A stretch of 64,000 nucleotides of DNA, from contig CM060732.1 of the NCBI GenBank assembly GCA_030704615.1, forward strand, positions 67,704,001-67,768,000, read 5' to 3'. A program made the position numbers and the translations under genes. Source of the DNA: Takakia lepidozioides (Eukaryota > Plantae > Bryophyta). The notes below the pieces were generated by a model. It was not told where the DNA came from. It saw nothing but the letters and a program-made list of their open reading frames with translations, and did not search any database. Below are positions 1 to 12,903 of this stretch, one piece after another; within the stretch, counting starts at the first letter, position 1; each line of letters starts with the position of its first letter.

Positions 1-39
1 TTTGCAGCAGGCTTGAAATTCTTACCCTTGGACTCCAAG

Positions 40-291
40 GGCTTTTATTTCTGGCAAAATTTCGCACTTTTTCGACCTAAAAAGATAAAATGGAATATTC
101 TGTCATAAATTCCCTATTTCTCATGGATGAAATCGCCAAATTTCTCCAAATAAAATATAAATCTTGGATGTTTTCGCCTAATATGGATGATTCTATCCAA
201 ATTTAAGTGGATGAAAAGAAAATATGGCTATTTCTTCCAAAACTCAGTAGCCACTCCTGTTATTTTCCAAATTTCACAAAAAAAAACACTG
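40..291. repeat. Possible MITE/hAT-like non-autonomous element end(s)
   Basis: AT-rich, with repeated GGATGAAA/TTCATCC-like and AAATTTCGC motifs. It ends in AAAAAAAAACACTG (reverse complement CAGTGTTTTT, TIR-like). Similar GGATGAA motifs recur at ~48900 and ~63270. The partner end is not visible. Confidence 0.3.
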
Positions 292-1000
292 TAGTAAGTT
301 GGAGTTACCTAGATTCTCCAGGCCAGGAAAGTCCGAGGGTAATAATTTAGCCCACACCTAGAATCGGAATATTGTGACAGGGTAACACAGGTTTCACGAC
401 AGCAGTTGGAAGCAGGAACAACCTCCAGGGGGGAAATGCTCCAGCATATTTCAAAACGAGGATACCAGAAAGAGGTCCCCAAAACCGAGGTGACCAACAG
501 CCGGTCGTAGACCGGCTGAGCCGGTGAGAAGTCCTTGATGAGGGAGAGAGAGAGCGGGTGGGCATCAGATCGGTCGCATTGCGGGCAAGGATTCGAGAGC
601 GGGAGGGAGAGAATGAATGGAAATGGAGATGGAGAGGGAAAGTAGGTTTGTGGAGATGGCAGGGTTGTGGTGACGAGCTGTGTTGTGTACTGGATGCCTG
701 CATGTTTGCTGCTAAACCCTGCGTTGGTGATGTTTGTTGAGAGGGGGAACTGAGGAGGTTGTGTGGTGAGAAGGAGAAGGGAAGATTTTAGGATGTTTGC
801 ATAGATCTCTGTTTGATGTGGACTGTAATGTGAAGTACAGATGAGGCAGAGGGCGGGTGGACCGCGTGTGCTTGTTATTGAGGAGTGATGGCGGTTGTGT
901 GGTAGCGATTAGGGCGGGCGGGAGGTGTCCTGGGGTGTTTGTGCCCCTGGGGGGCGGATCTACAGACGAGAACGGGGAAGGCAGGTGGTTGGTGTTATAG

Positions 1001-4000
1001 ATGGAGGATTTTGCCAATATTTTGCAGCGAGACTATGGATTGAAGCCCCAAGGGAAAGCGGCACCTATGGCCTCTGGTGCCGGTGGAGCTGCGGGGAGCA
1101 GTCGAGTTGGATCTGCAGTCGAGAAGGGAAACAGCGGGACTGGATCTCGGCGCTCGAATCGCGCTGCCGCGCCGTTGGCTGCGGCGGATAACAGTGATGA
1201 CCTCTTCTTCAAGGCCGGCAATGGCGTCTCAAAATCCTCAAGCCGAGGGTTGTATGCCGACCCATCGCCTGTTTTTGGGAGCGCATCTGACGACATCTTT
1301 GGCGGCCCTCCTAAGTAGGCATTTCTGAACTTCTTGTCTGCACGGCATCCATCTTCCTGTGTCCGTCCGTGTGTCCTACGTATCCTGGCACACATTGTGT
1401 GCGTCATGCGTCCTTTACGCCTGTTGGTCTATTGCGCAAGAGTAGCGTGGGCCCTCTCACATCTATGTGTCTCCCTCGCTCTTGGAATTAATCGTCTTTC
1501 ATGTCATTTGGGGAGCCGTAAATTATTCCCAAAGCCCTCTTCGTAAGTCCAGAACGGGTCATGCTTTCTGCACTCCTTGCCTCTCACATGTGCAGTGCTA
1601 TAATCTCCAGCATTCTGGGATTTATTCCCAAGTTCGGAATCCATGTCTTGTGCCACTCTTGTTACTTCACCACAAGCTTGCGATTGCAAGAAACCTACTT
1701 GCATGTAAGCTGTTGAGCTCTCCCTCGAGTAATTGCTGAGATTCTCCTCTCTTGTGTTCCCTTGTCGAGCAGCCTCCAGACACTTGGCTCTAGATGAAAG
1801 TTTGTTCACAAAGCCTCCCTGGCCCTATATTTTAGATAGTTGCTTTTCATATGTTGGTCTTGCATTGTTGCAATTCTAGTTCGGTTCTTAAATATAACAT
1901 GAACTCCATCTGTGCTGATACTGTCGCAGTCAAACAATGTGGATTCACTCTGAATACAAATTGTAATCCGACCTTGCAGAGCTCAACCAGGGCTCTTGTT
2001 ACCCGGGTGCCATTTGTGTTAGTTGTTGATTTCAAGGGTAGATGGAGGCTTGATGTTGCATTTTGTGTCAGGTTGCAATAAGACATATGAAACTCTCTTT
2101 CTGCTGTACCTTCTACTCTAAAGGTATAGTCTAAATCGTGTCGTACTTGCAGCAGTACCAGAAAAGGTTCATTTGACTTATCAACCGTTATAGTTTGCAT
2201 GTAGAGAAAGTCACTTTCACATTTTCTGTCTAGGATGTTCACTGTAGACTACTATAAAAGAGTATACTTTTTTGATGCAGTAGCAGAAAAGGGTTTGTTC
2301 TAGCCATCTCCTTATTGTTTTGGGTGGTTAGGTCGCATTTCTCATCCCCAACAGGTACCTGACATAACTAATTTAGGGCCCTGCTACAGAATTAGTGGTA
2401 GGGTGTTGTGCTCAGCTGACTGCCATTTTTTCCTGCTGCTACTGGTCATGGGGAAATGGCTAGTGACTGCACTAGTAGTGGGTTGGGGCAGGGAAACCTT
2501 CACCAGCCGGGTCCGTGCCAGAAAATTGCAGGCGATTTCGGCCTAATCAGAACCCTGGCTCTGCCTTAGAAGCTTGGCTGATGGATAGACTATTTAATTA
2601 TGGAGAAATTTAGAGGACGTGAAGGCCAAACTTTGAAGCATTGCCCTGTCTATCTAGGAGGTCGCAGTTTCAGAGGAACGGATGGTTGTCATGAGGAGTA
2701 TGTAGGAAGTGTCCTTGGGAGGAGCTGTCTGGATTGTCCATCATACTTAGTTTTCTAATATTGGTTAGAGGTGATGTCTGCACAGCAGAATATTTTCAAT
2801 TACTTCTTTCTGGCTTGCAGTGTTCTTAACTGGCTGCCTGCTTACCAGGGAGAGTATTAAGCCACTTTTTGGAAGATGTGCTCTAGCTTTTGTTTTTTTC
2901 TAGCACTACTTAGGGTGACCCTTGATGCAATGTCACTTTCTGGTGTGATTGTAATGGATGGTTACTGGATGCTGAAGACTAGATTCACCTGTGCAGGTTA
3001 AGTCTCTACACTCTGGTTTTGGCCCCTGCTACTTTCCATCTCTTAAACCTCCTCTGTCTGTGCTCATCCCATAAGCACTGGAAGCTTCCTTTGGACAATA
3101 TATAAGTTCCTTTCTTCCTTGTCTGTTTGGGGTCTAAGATTGCAATAGCTGTCCAATGTAGACACCTTACTTACTGTCCTTTAGGTCGTACTGATTACCA
3201 TTGACGCTTCTGAGAATGGGCTATTGGATGGGCAGAAGCAGCAATGTGGGAGTGGTCTATGATGATGTGTTTGGGGGCCCACCATCAGTGGCTGCATCAA
3301 GCTCCGACTTCGGTGATCTTTTGGGAGGGTTTACATCATCAGGATCGAGGACAAGGACTAGCCAAAGCTCTTTCAACGAAGATCTGTTGGGTGGATTTGG
3401 ATCATCAAAGCCACGAGCATCTGCACGAGCTGCTCCAAACAACATTGATGATGTTTTCTCAGGGGGATTTGAAACATCTGACAGACGGTGGTCACGGTCT
3501 GGATCGAGTCGACGCAGTGCAGAGGAAGATTTCTTAGGCGGGTTTGGAGTCTCAAAGCCTGCAGCACAGTCGGGGGGGTCTCATAGGTTCGATGATGATT
3601 TTCTGGGGAGTTTTGGTATATCTAAGTCAGCGTCGCAAGCTGGGGCAACCCAAAGCTCCATGGATGGTGATCTCCTGGGAGGATCCCACCCCCCGAGCAG
3701 TAGCACAAGACGCAAGAGTACTTCAAATACCTCAAATGCCGACGTCGATGGTGGTAGTGGATTCTTTGATCCATTTGAGGGGTTTCCACAACCCCCTCCC
3801 ATAGCTACAGCAAAGCAGAAGGAGGAGTCTAGCTCCAGCCAAACTGCAGAGGATGATCTCTTGGGCGGGTTTGGAGTCTCCAAGCCTTTGGCACAGTCAG
3901 GGGGGTCTCCTAGGTTTGATGATGATTTTCTGGGGGGTTTTGGGACCTCTAAGGCAGGGTTACAAGCAGCGGATACCCAAAGCTCCATTGACAGTGATTT

Positions 4001-5954
4001 CCTGGGAGGATCCCATCCCGTAAGCAGCAGCACAAGACGCAAGAACACTTCAGATACCTCCAATGTTGATGTGGATGGTGGTAGTGGATTCTTTGATCCA
4101 TTTGATGGGTTTCCACAGCCACCGCCCATATCTACTGGAAAGCAGAAGGAAGAGTCTAACCCAAACCGAACTGGTACTAGCTCTGGTGGCGGTGAACCCT
4201 CACAAGGGTTAGGCAGCCAGGATGGAAAGACAGCTGGGCAAAGCTTCCCTAGCAACCCTTTTGTTGCTGATCCGATGGAGAGTACTGAAGTTCCATCTCC
4301 CACGTATCCCTCCAGACCTCGGAAAGTCAGTGGCAATTCGAACGGGTCCCTGCCAAAGTATGATGACCCAGTTGCATTTGAGGATACCTTACCTGGAAAG
4401 GATGCCAACCTTGACCAAAACGGAGAAACTGTGATAGCAGGTAAGGCTAGAGACTTGGCCGATGAGGTATTATGGTTGACAATTGATGATGTCAAGCTCG
4501 TAACACAGCCGTCCTCTTCCCCACCCCCTTCAAGGGCTCCTCCTCAGCCTGGCTCAGAGAAGCAAAGCTCATATACACCAATGCCAGACATTATCATAGA
4601 AGATTTGGGAGAGGTAGTTAAGCCAAAAGACAGAGAGAGGAGGAAAGAGAGAGAGCGTGCCCGAGAGGAGCGCTCCAAGGAGAGAGAACGACAGAGGGAA
4701 AGGGAGAGGCCAAGAGATCCAGAGATTTTGAAGGAGCCTCTAGCAGGTGGAGAGAAAGAGGCGGTGCAGCCAAGAGACCAGGATTTGCCTAAAGACAGAG
4801 AACGGGAGAGGGAAAGAGATCGTCAGCGAGAGAAGGAGATTTTGAGGGAAGCAGAGGTGGAGAAAGAGACCAGAGATAGAGTGTCTAAGCAAGAAGAAGT
4901 GAAAGAGAGAGAGCCTGATAGGGCTGCGGAGAGGGCCAAAAAAGCAGCAGAAAGGGCAGCTGTGGAAGCACGGGAAAGAGTTGAGAAAGCTGCAGCTGAG
5001 AGAGCTTTCATTGAAGCCCGGGAGAGAGCCGAGAAAGCAGCAATTCAGAGAGCTGCAGCGGCCAGAGAGAAAGAGCGAGTGAAGGAGAGAGAAAGGGAGA
5101 AGGAGAGGGAGAGAGAAAAAGAAAGGGAGCGAGAAAGAGATAGGGAAAGAGAAAGAGAGAGGGAGAGAGTGAAAGAGAAGGAAAGAGAGAAGGAGAGAGA
5201 ACGAGATCGAGAGAGGGAGAAGGAGAGGGACCGGGAGAGGGATAGAACTAGGGAGAGAGAAAGAGGGGCAGCAGAACAGCAACGGAGAGACTCTGCAGGT
5301 TTCCGGGCCAATAGTGAACCAAGACAGCGCCCAGCAGCTAGTCAGCCCTCTGGTTTTGCAAGTGAGGGTGTGCGGCGACCTTCATCCGGAAATACTGCTA
5401 ACAGTTCTTCAGGGCCTCCGGCACATAGAAAGTCCTCAACATCACATAAGGTGGTGGATGACTGGACATCTCTCTTCACTCAACCTGGGCCCTCTGGGGA
5501 TGATTTTCAAGAAATTGAAGGGGAAACAGCAGAGAGAAGGAGACTAAGGCTCGAACGGCATCGACGGATGACTGAACGCGCAGCCAAGGCCTTGGAAGAG
5601 AAAAATCAGCGAGATATGGCCATACAGATGGAGCAAGCTGAGAGACATAGGTCGGCTGGGAACCTAGATGCAGAAATACGGCGTTGGGCAACTGGGAAGG
5701 AGGGCAACCTGCGGGCATTGCTTTCCTCATTGCATCTGATGCTATGGCCAGAATGTAACTGGAAACCTGTGTCTTTGACTGATATTATCACCGGTGCTTC
5801 GGTGAAAAAGGCATACCAGAAAGCGATCCTGTGCGTGCATCCTGACAAGGTCCAGCAGAAGGGGGCCACTGTGCAACAGAAGTACATTGCAGAGAAGGTG
5901 TTTGATCTTCTCAAGGAAGCATTTGCTAAATTCAATGCTAGTGAACTCTATTGA
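1001..5954 (+). CDS. Auxilin-like / DnaJ-domain clathrin-uncoating cofactor, ~1010 aa; join(1001..1314,3236..5954)
   Basis: N-terminus [23 protein letters not shown] and YDDVFGGPP motif are typical of plant auxilin-like proteins. C-terminal J-domain ([11 protein letters not shown]...[12 protein letters not shown]...[12 protein letters not shown]) follows an E/R-rich coiled coil. Phase-2 splice AA|GTAGGC at 1314 to GGCAG|A at 3236 keeps frame. Confidence 0.92.
3518..4160 (+). repeat. 327-bp (109-aa) internal tandem duplication in auxilin-like CDS
   Basis: TGCAGAGGAAGATTTCTTAGGCGGGTTTGGAGTCTC at 3518 versus TGCAGAGGATGATCTCTTGGGCGGGTTTGGAGTCTC at 3845. The translated block [14 protein letters not shown]...[14 protein letters not shown]...KQKEES occurs twice. 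Confidence 0.9.
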
Positions 5955-8100
5955 AGGCGATCACGATTTCAGGAGTTTCTGGCTGCCCAAATAAATCTGG
6001 ACATCCATTGTTTTGAGTACGAAACTCTAGGGCATTTAGCCATGTGGGTAAACCACAAGTTGGGACATTGATTTGTCCTCCATCCTATAGCATAGCTATG
6101 AATACCTTGCGATTAAGAGTTCTTCTGAAGGAAGAGGATGAAGTTTGTAACCTTCGGTGATTTCTGGTTACTTTAGTGGAGCAGTTGCAATGATCTGACT
6201 CTTATTGTGCCTTTGATCAATGGTGATCTTGGGGTGGACTAGATCAAATGGAGATATGTGATTGACCGCTGTAGCAATTTCGTATCCTGTTTGAGATTCC
6301 TTTCAGGGCTGTAGTGCCACAAAATTTCTCAGGACCCTCTGTATTCCATGTGACATTTAGCTACTTTTCTTCCATTTAAAGCGTAAGCTCTGTCTGGAGT
6401 TCTTCTGCTCCTGGTGTTTGTGTGTTTGTTGGGTGGGTATCATCTGTTTCATTCTCAGCATAAGACTTGCCGGTCAGGAGACTCAGGAGGTGAGAGCAGC
6501 ATCACACTGTCTGGTGCAGAGAAAGAGGAGACCAAAACTGCATGAAAGACTGAGCTGAAGCAGGAAATGGTGGAGGGATCCCGGAAAAGAGCCTACTATC
6601 ATTGCTGAAGACTTGAGCCCATAGTGAAGTTGATTCTGGCCTCTTCTTGGATCAGTTTGGGGTGTGCACTTGTTGAAGGTGAACCTTTCAGGTCAGACCT
6701 GCCCTGACTGCTAAGTCTATGAGTGGCAGCCCCATGTCTCTTAGACAAGGCACAAGTAGGGCACAAGCTTTGACTTTGAAAGAAAATATAGTGCATTCTA
6801 ATCTACTGCGTTGTGCATACTGCTAAGCAGACTCACCCAATCTGTCAAATCTTGTGTATCATTTTACACAGATCGGTAGCAGGAGTATCTGTATCAAGGC
6901 TCTATCCCCCTGCTTGCTGTCAGTGGGAAGCCAAAAGAGAAGGAATTTTGCATTCAGTAGCAATACAAAAGGCAAGACAGAGCAGCCATAGGCACTCAGT
7001 ATAGGAACCGAGTATGTATACCCTTCTCAGATTCGAAGACATTTACGTTTTGTTCTTCTTCATGAAGTTTGACATGGGTGAAGGCTTTGATTATGTCGAT
7101 TGCACGCCCATTGACAGTTCCATGAGATCGTGTCGATGGGATAGCTGAAGCGACATTGTCAAGCGCACTCAACAGTTTGGGTGGCGGTTGGGGCGGTATT
7201 CACAATCGCAGTGACACAGACCTGCCATATCTACCTAATAGCTACTAAGCTGTCCAAGTTGTGTCTGCAGTTGAGGAAGAAGAGGCCCCTGGCTTCTTGG
7301 AAGAGCTGTATGGACGATAACTTGACGAGCAGTTGCGAAACAGCCACCATGACATTTTCAGAGCACACTTCCAGGGGCTAGGGGCCCACGCCAGGGTCTG
7401 AGCGGAGATTGAGGATAGAGAGGGCCTACAGTGCCATTTGGATTGAATGGGAAGAGAGGGAAGAAGAAAAAGAGCCAACGCCATTTATCCAGCCTCAATG
7501 TGTGTTACGGGTACAGCCATGAAAGCTGGAGTAGTTAGACAAAGAGGGCAGCAAAGGGAGCAGCTGCCAATGTTGCTTGTGGTAACCACAACCTAAAATT
7601 CCTCCAATTCTAAACAATGACCACAGAATTTCCAAGAGGCAAACTGGACTAGTCTGAGGAAGAACTTCACTTGAAGATTCCTGTAGAATTTCAGTATGGG
7701 TGTCTGCGAATTCTTTCCTTGCAATGAAGCTCCAGATAAGAGAACTCCAAGGGTATATCTGAAAGCAGATCTTGTTTTTGAGCAGTTTCTTCACAGGACT
7801 TCCCTCTTGCACGTTTCTACCACACCGACCAGTTCCATCAAGCAACAACACATGGTTTCAGTTTCGAAGAACATTTGCATTGCAGTTACAATTCGTGTAA
7901 GAGAGCATACCCAGAGAGCGATTGAGCAAAAGTCACGATACGCTTTCACCGATCACTGTAGCTTATAAATGACTAGCAACTATTGAATTGAGCTCCGGTC
8001 CCAGTCCCATGGGCCCTCGTGGGCCCCTTTGGACCTCTCTTTCTTCTCCAAGAGCTGTTATCAGTGGTGGAGCTTCCAATAGTTATTAGTTTCTTGAGCC

Positions 8101-11100
8101 ATGGCGGAAGAGATGCGACACAGAGTGACAATGTGGCTGCAGCGAGATCGAGTGATGGTACACGCAGCAATGACGCTGGTGGAGCTTGGCTATGGCGGAT
8201 ACTCTGTACTGTCGAAGGCTGCTTTGAGTGGAGGCGTAAATCGTGTTGTGTTCTCTGTGTACAGGGACGTCATTGGCTTCGTTGTTCTGGCTCCATATGC
8301 ATTCTTCTCTGAAAGGTACGTTTCAGGTCTGATTCTGAACGTTTTGCCGCAGACCACGCCCTGATCTCTCCAATCCGTGTTCCTCTAGAAGGCATACCTC
8401 CAGTTTCTACCTGCAAGTTTTAGATCCTCACAAGGCCTTCAGAAAACCAGGTAGGGACCTCATTGCGATTGTGCAAAGTATCCGCCACAAAGTTTTGCTG
8501 GTTGAATTAGATCAGTGAGTTTGGCAAAAGGCTCTCAGCTCTGAGTATTCCATATCTAATCTCTAGAAAGTCCCATAATATTAACTGCCAAGGCAACAAA
8601 TACTTCAGAGATGGAATTCCAACTCGACTCTCGTCAGTAGTAGCCACAAACGTGACACAGTTTATGTAACTCTGCTCAGTATGTGTTTGACCTAGTGTGT
8701 CTTTGCCGAAGCCTTGGGAAAGGGATACTATGTAACCTTTTCTGTTACTGGTTTTGAAGGAAATGGCATAGCTAAAGCCCTTATAATTTGGAAATGTGGG
8801 ATTGCATAAATCAGTTTGTCCACTCAATTGAATGCAGAGGTAGTAGCCTTTTATTGAAGAAGTGCTCTATGACTGTCTGATAGCAGGGGAAAGAGGACAA
8901 AACTCTCTGCACCTCTTGTTGGACTGATCTTCCTTCTTGCATTGTCTGGGTAAGCTCCATTCAGCATCTCTAGCCTCCCCTACCCACTCCTTTCTTTCTT
9001 GCCCTAATTCCACCCATGTTTTTCCCACTCACCAATGGCTGTTCCATTTTGAAATTGTCACCAATCTTCAGGGATTCTATCCCTATGGTATCTATTTATA
9101 CATAAGCATGCCAGTTGATTAAGCATAATTCCTTTCTCTCTCACTCAGAATTTATCCACATCCCTCACAAGGGCCTTGGGCACCTCTCAAGTTGGTTCTT
9201 ACATTCCTTCTCGCTTCTGATATCTGATCATTGTCAGATTCTAGGACTCAAAACTCTGTCATCACTGAAAGCTGATTTTGAGTTACCGGTCAAAGGCCTC
9301 ACATTAGACTGAAGCTTATTGTTGCACTCTCACTGACTCCATATGTGATCCACCCATTTATCTGGCAATCTCGGTACGGAACAGCCATCGCTCTCTTGCA
9401 GCCAATACTGGACCATTTGCGAAAGATAGAGAGAGAAAGCAATCCATCTGTCTTGAAGCAAAAAGATAGAGGATGCACATAAAGAAGTTCGAGCAGAAAC
9501 TGAAAGTGGGGCTGGGTTGGGGCCAGAATATATCTGCAGCAGACACTGTTTTTGCTCGGTCTTGGCTACACAAACACAATAGTTGCATCTGCTATCCAAA
9601 ACTGCATGCCAGTTTTTGCGTTCGTGATTGCAGCCCTTTTCAGGTAACATTCCAGAACTTTTCCATGTAAACTTGCTGCTTTTTCTCCTTGGCCCTTGTC
9701 TTGTGCTGTGGTCATATGAATATATCTTTTGTGTCTGCCGAAGGAAAGAAACAGAGAAGTGCCACAACAGGAGGCCAAACAAAATCACTATGTGGCTCAG
9801 ATAGATGGACGCCTTAATGGCCCATGCTAACCACTTATCTCGGCCATATTTCCTCAAAGAAATTATGTGAAACTTTCCTTCTTGGTGTTGTAAAATTGGG
9901 TTCGTAAGTTCATATTTGAAGAGGCTTTCTGCATTGTATCCAGTCAATTGAGGTCTCTACATATTAGTAGCAAAACGCTTTCCCAGATATGTGCAAATAT
10001 CTGTTCCGCACTTTTTGGATTGTGGACTAGCCATTTTTTCTTGTTACAAATTCAGGTTGGAGGAAGTACGATATGAACGACGCGATGGACAAGCCAAAAT
10101 ACTGGGCATTGTAATGTGTGTCTCGGGAGCAGTGCTGATGTTGTTTTACAAGGGCCCCGCAATCATTGGAAGAACAACTGCTGAAAACCCTCTTGTGCAT
10201 CTTATGCTACCAACAACTTCTAATTCTGCAGGGGTACTCTCAGTGGCGTTGGCACACTTTGGGATCGATGAGTGGCAGCTTGGATGCCTGTGTCTCATTG
10301 GCAACACTTTCTTTGCAGCTATTTTCTATAACCTCCAGGTAAATATTGCCTTTTGGCGTGAGATTAAAGAAGTTCAAATGGAGCTGCAGTAAATGGGCAT
10401 CAGAATGTTCTACAAAATGGCTGCAGGTGCTTAGTAAATAACTCTGGTTAGTGAAAACGTCCTTAGGTACTCTTGAGGGATGGATGGACTTGAGTACGTT
10501 GTGCCAGATATCAGCAGACATTCTTAGAATGGTTTTTCTCCTAGTAATTCAGCTTCCATTGCTGCTAAACTTCCCAGCTTCAAACAGTCCAGTATAATCG
10601 TAAATTGTATTTGAAGATATTTTGCTTCCATAGTGGTCTAGCAGGTAGCTGAGATTACAGTATTAGATTACAGCTATTAGATTACAGTATTGCTGAGATT
10701 TTCTTGCAGGCTAGAAATGTAACACTTTCTTCCAGGTGCATTGACTCATGTCAAAGGCATCTGCAGCCCCTCGATAATCCTGGTAGAATAGCCCCTGATG
10801 ATCAGTGAGCCTCAAACAGGTTAGGGTGCTGTAGGTGGGCCTGATGTAAAATCCACATATTGGAATTGCACATGTTGGAATTTCTGTGGCTGCCCCGTGT
10901 CTCCAGCAATTAGAGAAGCTTAGCAGATGAGAAAGTGTTTACAAAGGGAAAGTTTAAGTCAGCACTATATTTGTTACTATACAGCTTTCATACCTGATGC
11001 TGCTGTTGTTGCATGAATGTCTCTGTAAGTGACAGATGTTTAACCTGGGACTTGCAGGTTCCAACTTTGGCTACTTTTCCTGCTCCATTCTCTCTCACAG

Positions 11101-12903
11101 CAAGCGCTATCTTCTTGGGAGCCATAATGCTTGCTATCACAGGTTACTTCACTGTAAGAGAACCCTTGGAATGGGTTATCAGCAAGGGACCTGACCTCAT
11201 TTCTGCTCTTTATGCGGTATGTTTCTTTGGCTTCTAAAAGAAATAAGTTTTTAGTGCTCAGATAAGGCTTACCGAATTATTGATTTGTCTAACACAGTTA
11301 AGGATTTAGTGGGGCTTGAAAAGGCTCAAACATGTTCTGTTCATGCAGCTGGGGCGAGCTATGTAACTCAGCCCGAAGTTCCAACAACAATCAGTTTAGA
11401 GGGAGAATTAACTGTTGATTTAAGGCTCGTGGATGTAATTTTGCACTCTTGAGGACCCAGGGATGGTTGGGAACTCTGTTCCTGATGAAGGATTTAATGT
11501 GGTGTGGAATATAGGGAGCCATCGCATCGGCATTCAACTTAACACTACAATGCTGGTCGAATCATAAAGGAGGACCGACTATAGTGGCTGCCTACACCCC
11601 CCTTCAGACAGTATTTGCAGCCCTTCTAGGGCTTATATTCTTGGGTGATACCTTCTACTTTGGCAGGTAGGTCCTCAAATTTGAAAAAGAATGGGACTCG
11701 TGAATTGCATGATCTGAGGCAGTTTGATCTCCAGTAGTGTGTGCTCGTGTACATAAGCTGAAAATACTCAAGTTATGTTTTATTTGCGCAGCCTCAGGAC
11801 CACCACGTACTCTGCAAGATATATAACCCCATTATGTGGGTGACAATCTCAGCCTGGATTTCCCATTGCTATTTGTCATTGGAAGCCCTTTTGTCATAAT
11901 GAAACTTCACCGTAGGTGGGCACAAACACAACATGACTTTGGGAGCAGCCGGGGAAAGAGTGGGGCTTATCAGCCTTAGCTTGTTGTAGCCTAAGGGGAG
12001 AGAGAGTGAGAGCCTCACAAGTTAGAGAAATTTTATGAGCTCCATCAGCAGCCAGCAGGGACTAAGGGACCAAAATAGAGTGCCGATTAAGCTTTCCCCA
12101 AATCACAACACTGAAGCTCTGTTGGACCCTAACGATGCCCGTGTCATTAGACAAAGCTTTGGGAGAGAGAGAGTCCTTGAAAAAGCGGCTTCTACTGAAC
12201 TCTTTCTGGAATTTAATTGGTATTTCTGGCTGTGGGCAGTTTGATTGGGACTATCTTGGTCCTGAGTGGCCTATATCTGGTGATATGCGGCCAACGAGAG
12301 AATCGGCGCCTGAGAGCTCTTTCCCTCCATTGTATAACCCCAAACCTTGATGGACAGACGATTGTGAAGCAGATGTGTGGAGTGGAAGACCCTCTACTTG
12401 GGTACATTCATTACACCTGCAATTTCTCTCTCTCTCTCTCTTTCTCTCTCTGTGGCCATTGACCCCGCGCCCAGTTTGACCACAAGGCTACGGCAAACAA
12501 CGTCTTATGAGTACAATCTTTCTTTCTCTGTGTATCGAAACTGAAGAACACTTCTTTTACTACCCTCTTTACTATGAGATCCGTGGGAGATTCCACTGTC
12601 TGTTCCGTGAAACCCAATCTCTCACAGAAGTCTTCCATTATGAGGATCAGGAATGCTTGGCAGCACATCTGCACAAAGCTTTGAACCTTAGGCAATCCCT
12701 TGAGCAGTAGTTGCTTTTGGGTGCCTTTTATTCTCTTTCTTGTTTCTTGTTTTTGTATTGTCCCATAAGCTCTTTCATTTTATTTCATATCATTTCACTT
12801 TCTTTTTCTGTCGTTCTCTCAAACCGTCCTTTGTTCCCCTGTTCCAATCCTTCCTCTTCCTCACATGCACACTAAGATAATTTTGTGTCTGCTTGGCAGA
12901 TAA
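8101..12903 (+). CDS. WAT1-related / UMAMIT EamA-family transporter; join(8101..8315,8887..8949,9527..9643,10056..10338,11058..11216,11515..11666,12240..12401,12900..12903)
   Basis: Motifs HAAMTLVELGYGGYSVLSKAAL, VFSVYRDVIG, SAIQNCMPVFAF, RDGQAKILGIVMCVSGAVLM, KGGPTIVAAYTPLQ and GSLIGTILVLSGLYLV. All junctions are GT-AG with consistent phases. The protein ends EDPLLG* through a 4-nt last coding exon. Confidence 0.88.
12455..12516 (+). mobile_element. Very short 5'-inverted insertion of LINE family A (RTEX-like) with a 16-bp TSD
   Basis: 12451-12479 is the reverse complement of the LINE-A 3' end (43952-43980). 12480-12516 is the sense 3' terminus. Flanks are TCTTTCTCTCTCTGTG (12439-12454) and TCTTTCTTTCTCTGTG (12517-12532). 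Confidence 0.85.
12533..12800 (+). mobile_element. 3' fragment of LINE family B (RTEX-like)
   Basis: Encodes [24 protein letters not shown]...LRQSLEQ*. Homologous to 30036-30425 and 44820-45105, with a degenerate CATTT tail. Confidence 0.85.

Noticed and set aside
4740-5311. Minus-strand Leu/Ser/Phe-rich ORFs
   Set aside because: Antisense shadows of the GA-rich E/R coiled-coil region of the auxilin-like gene.
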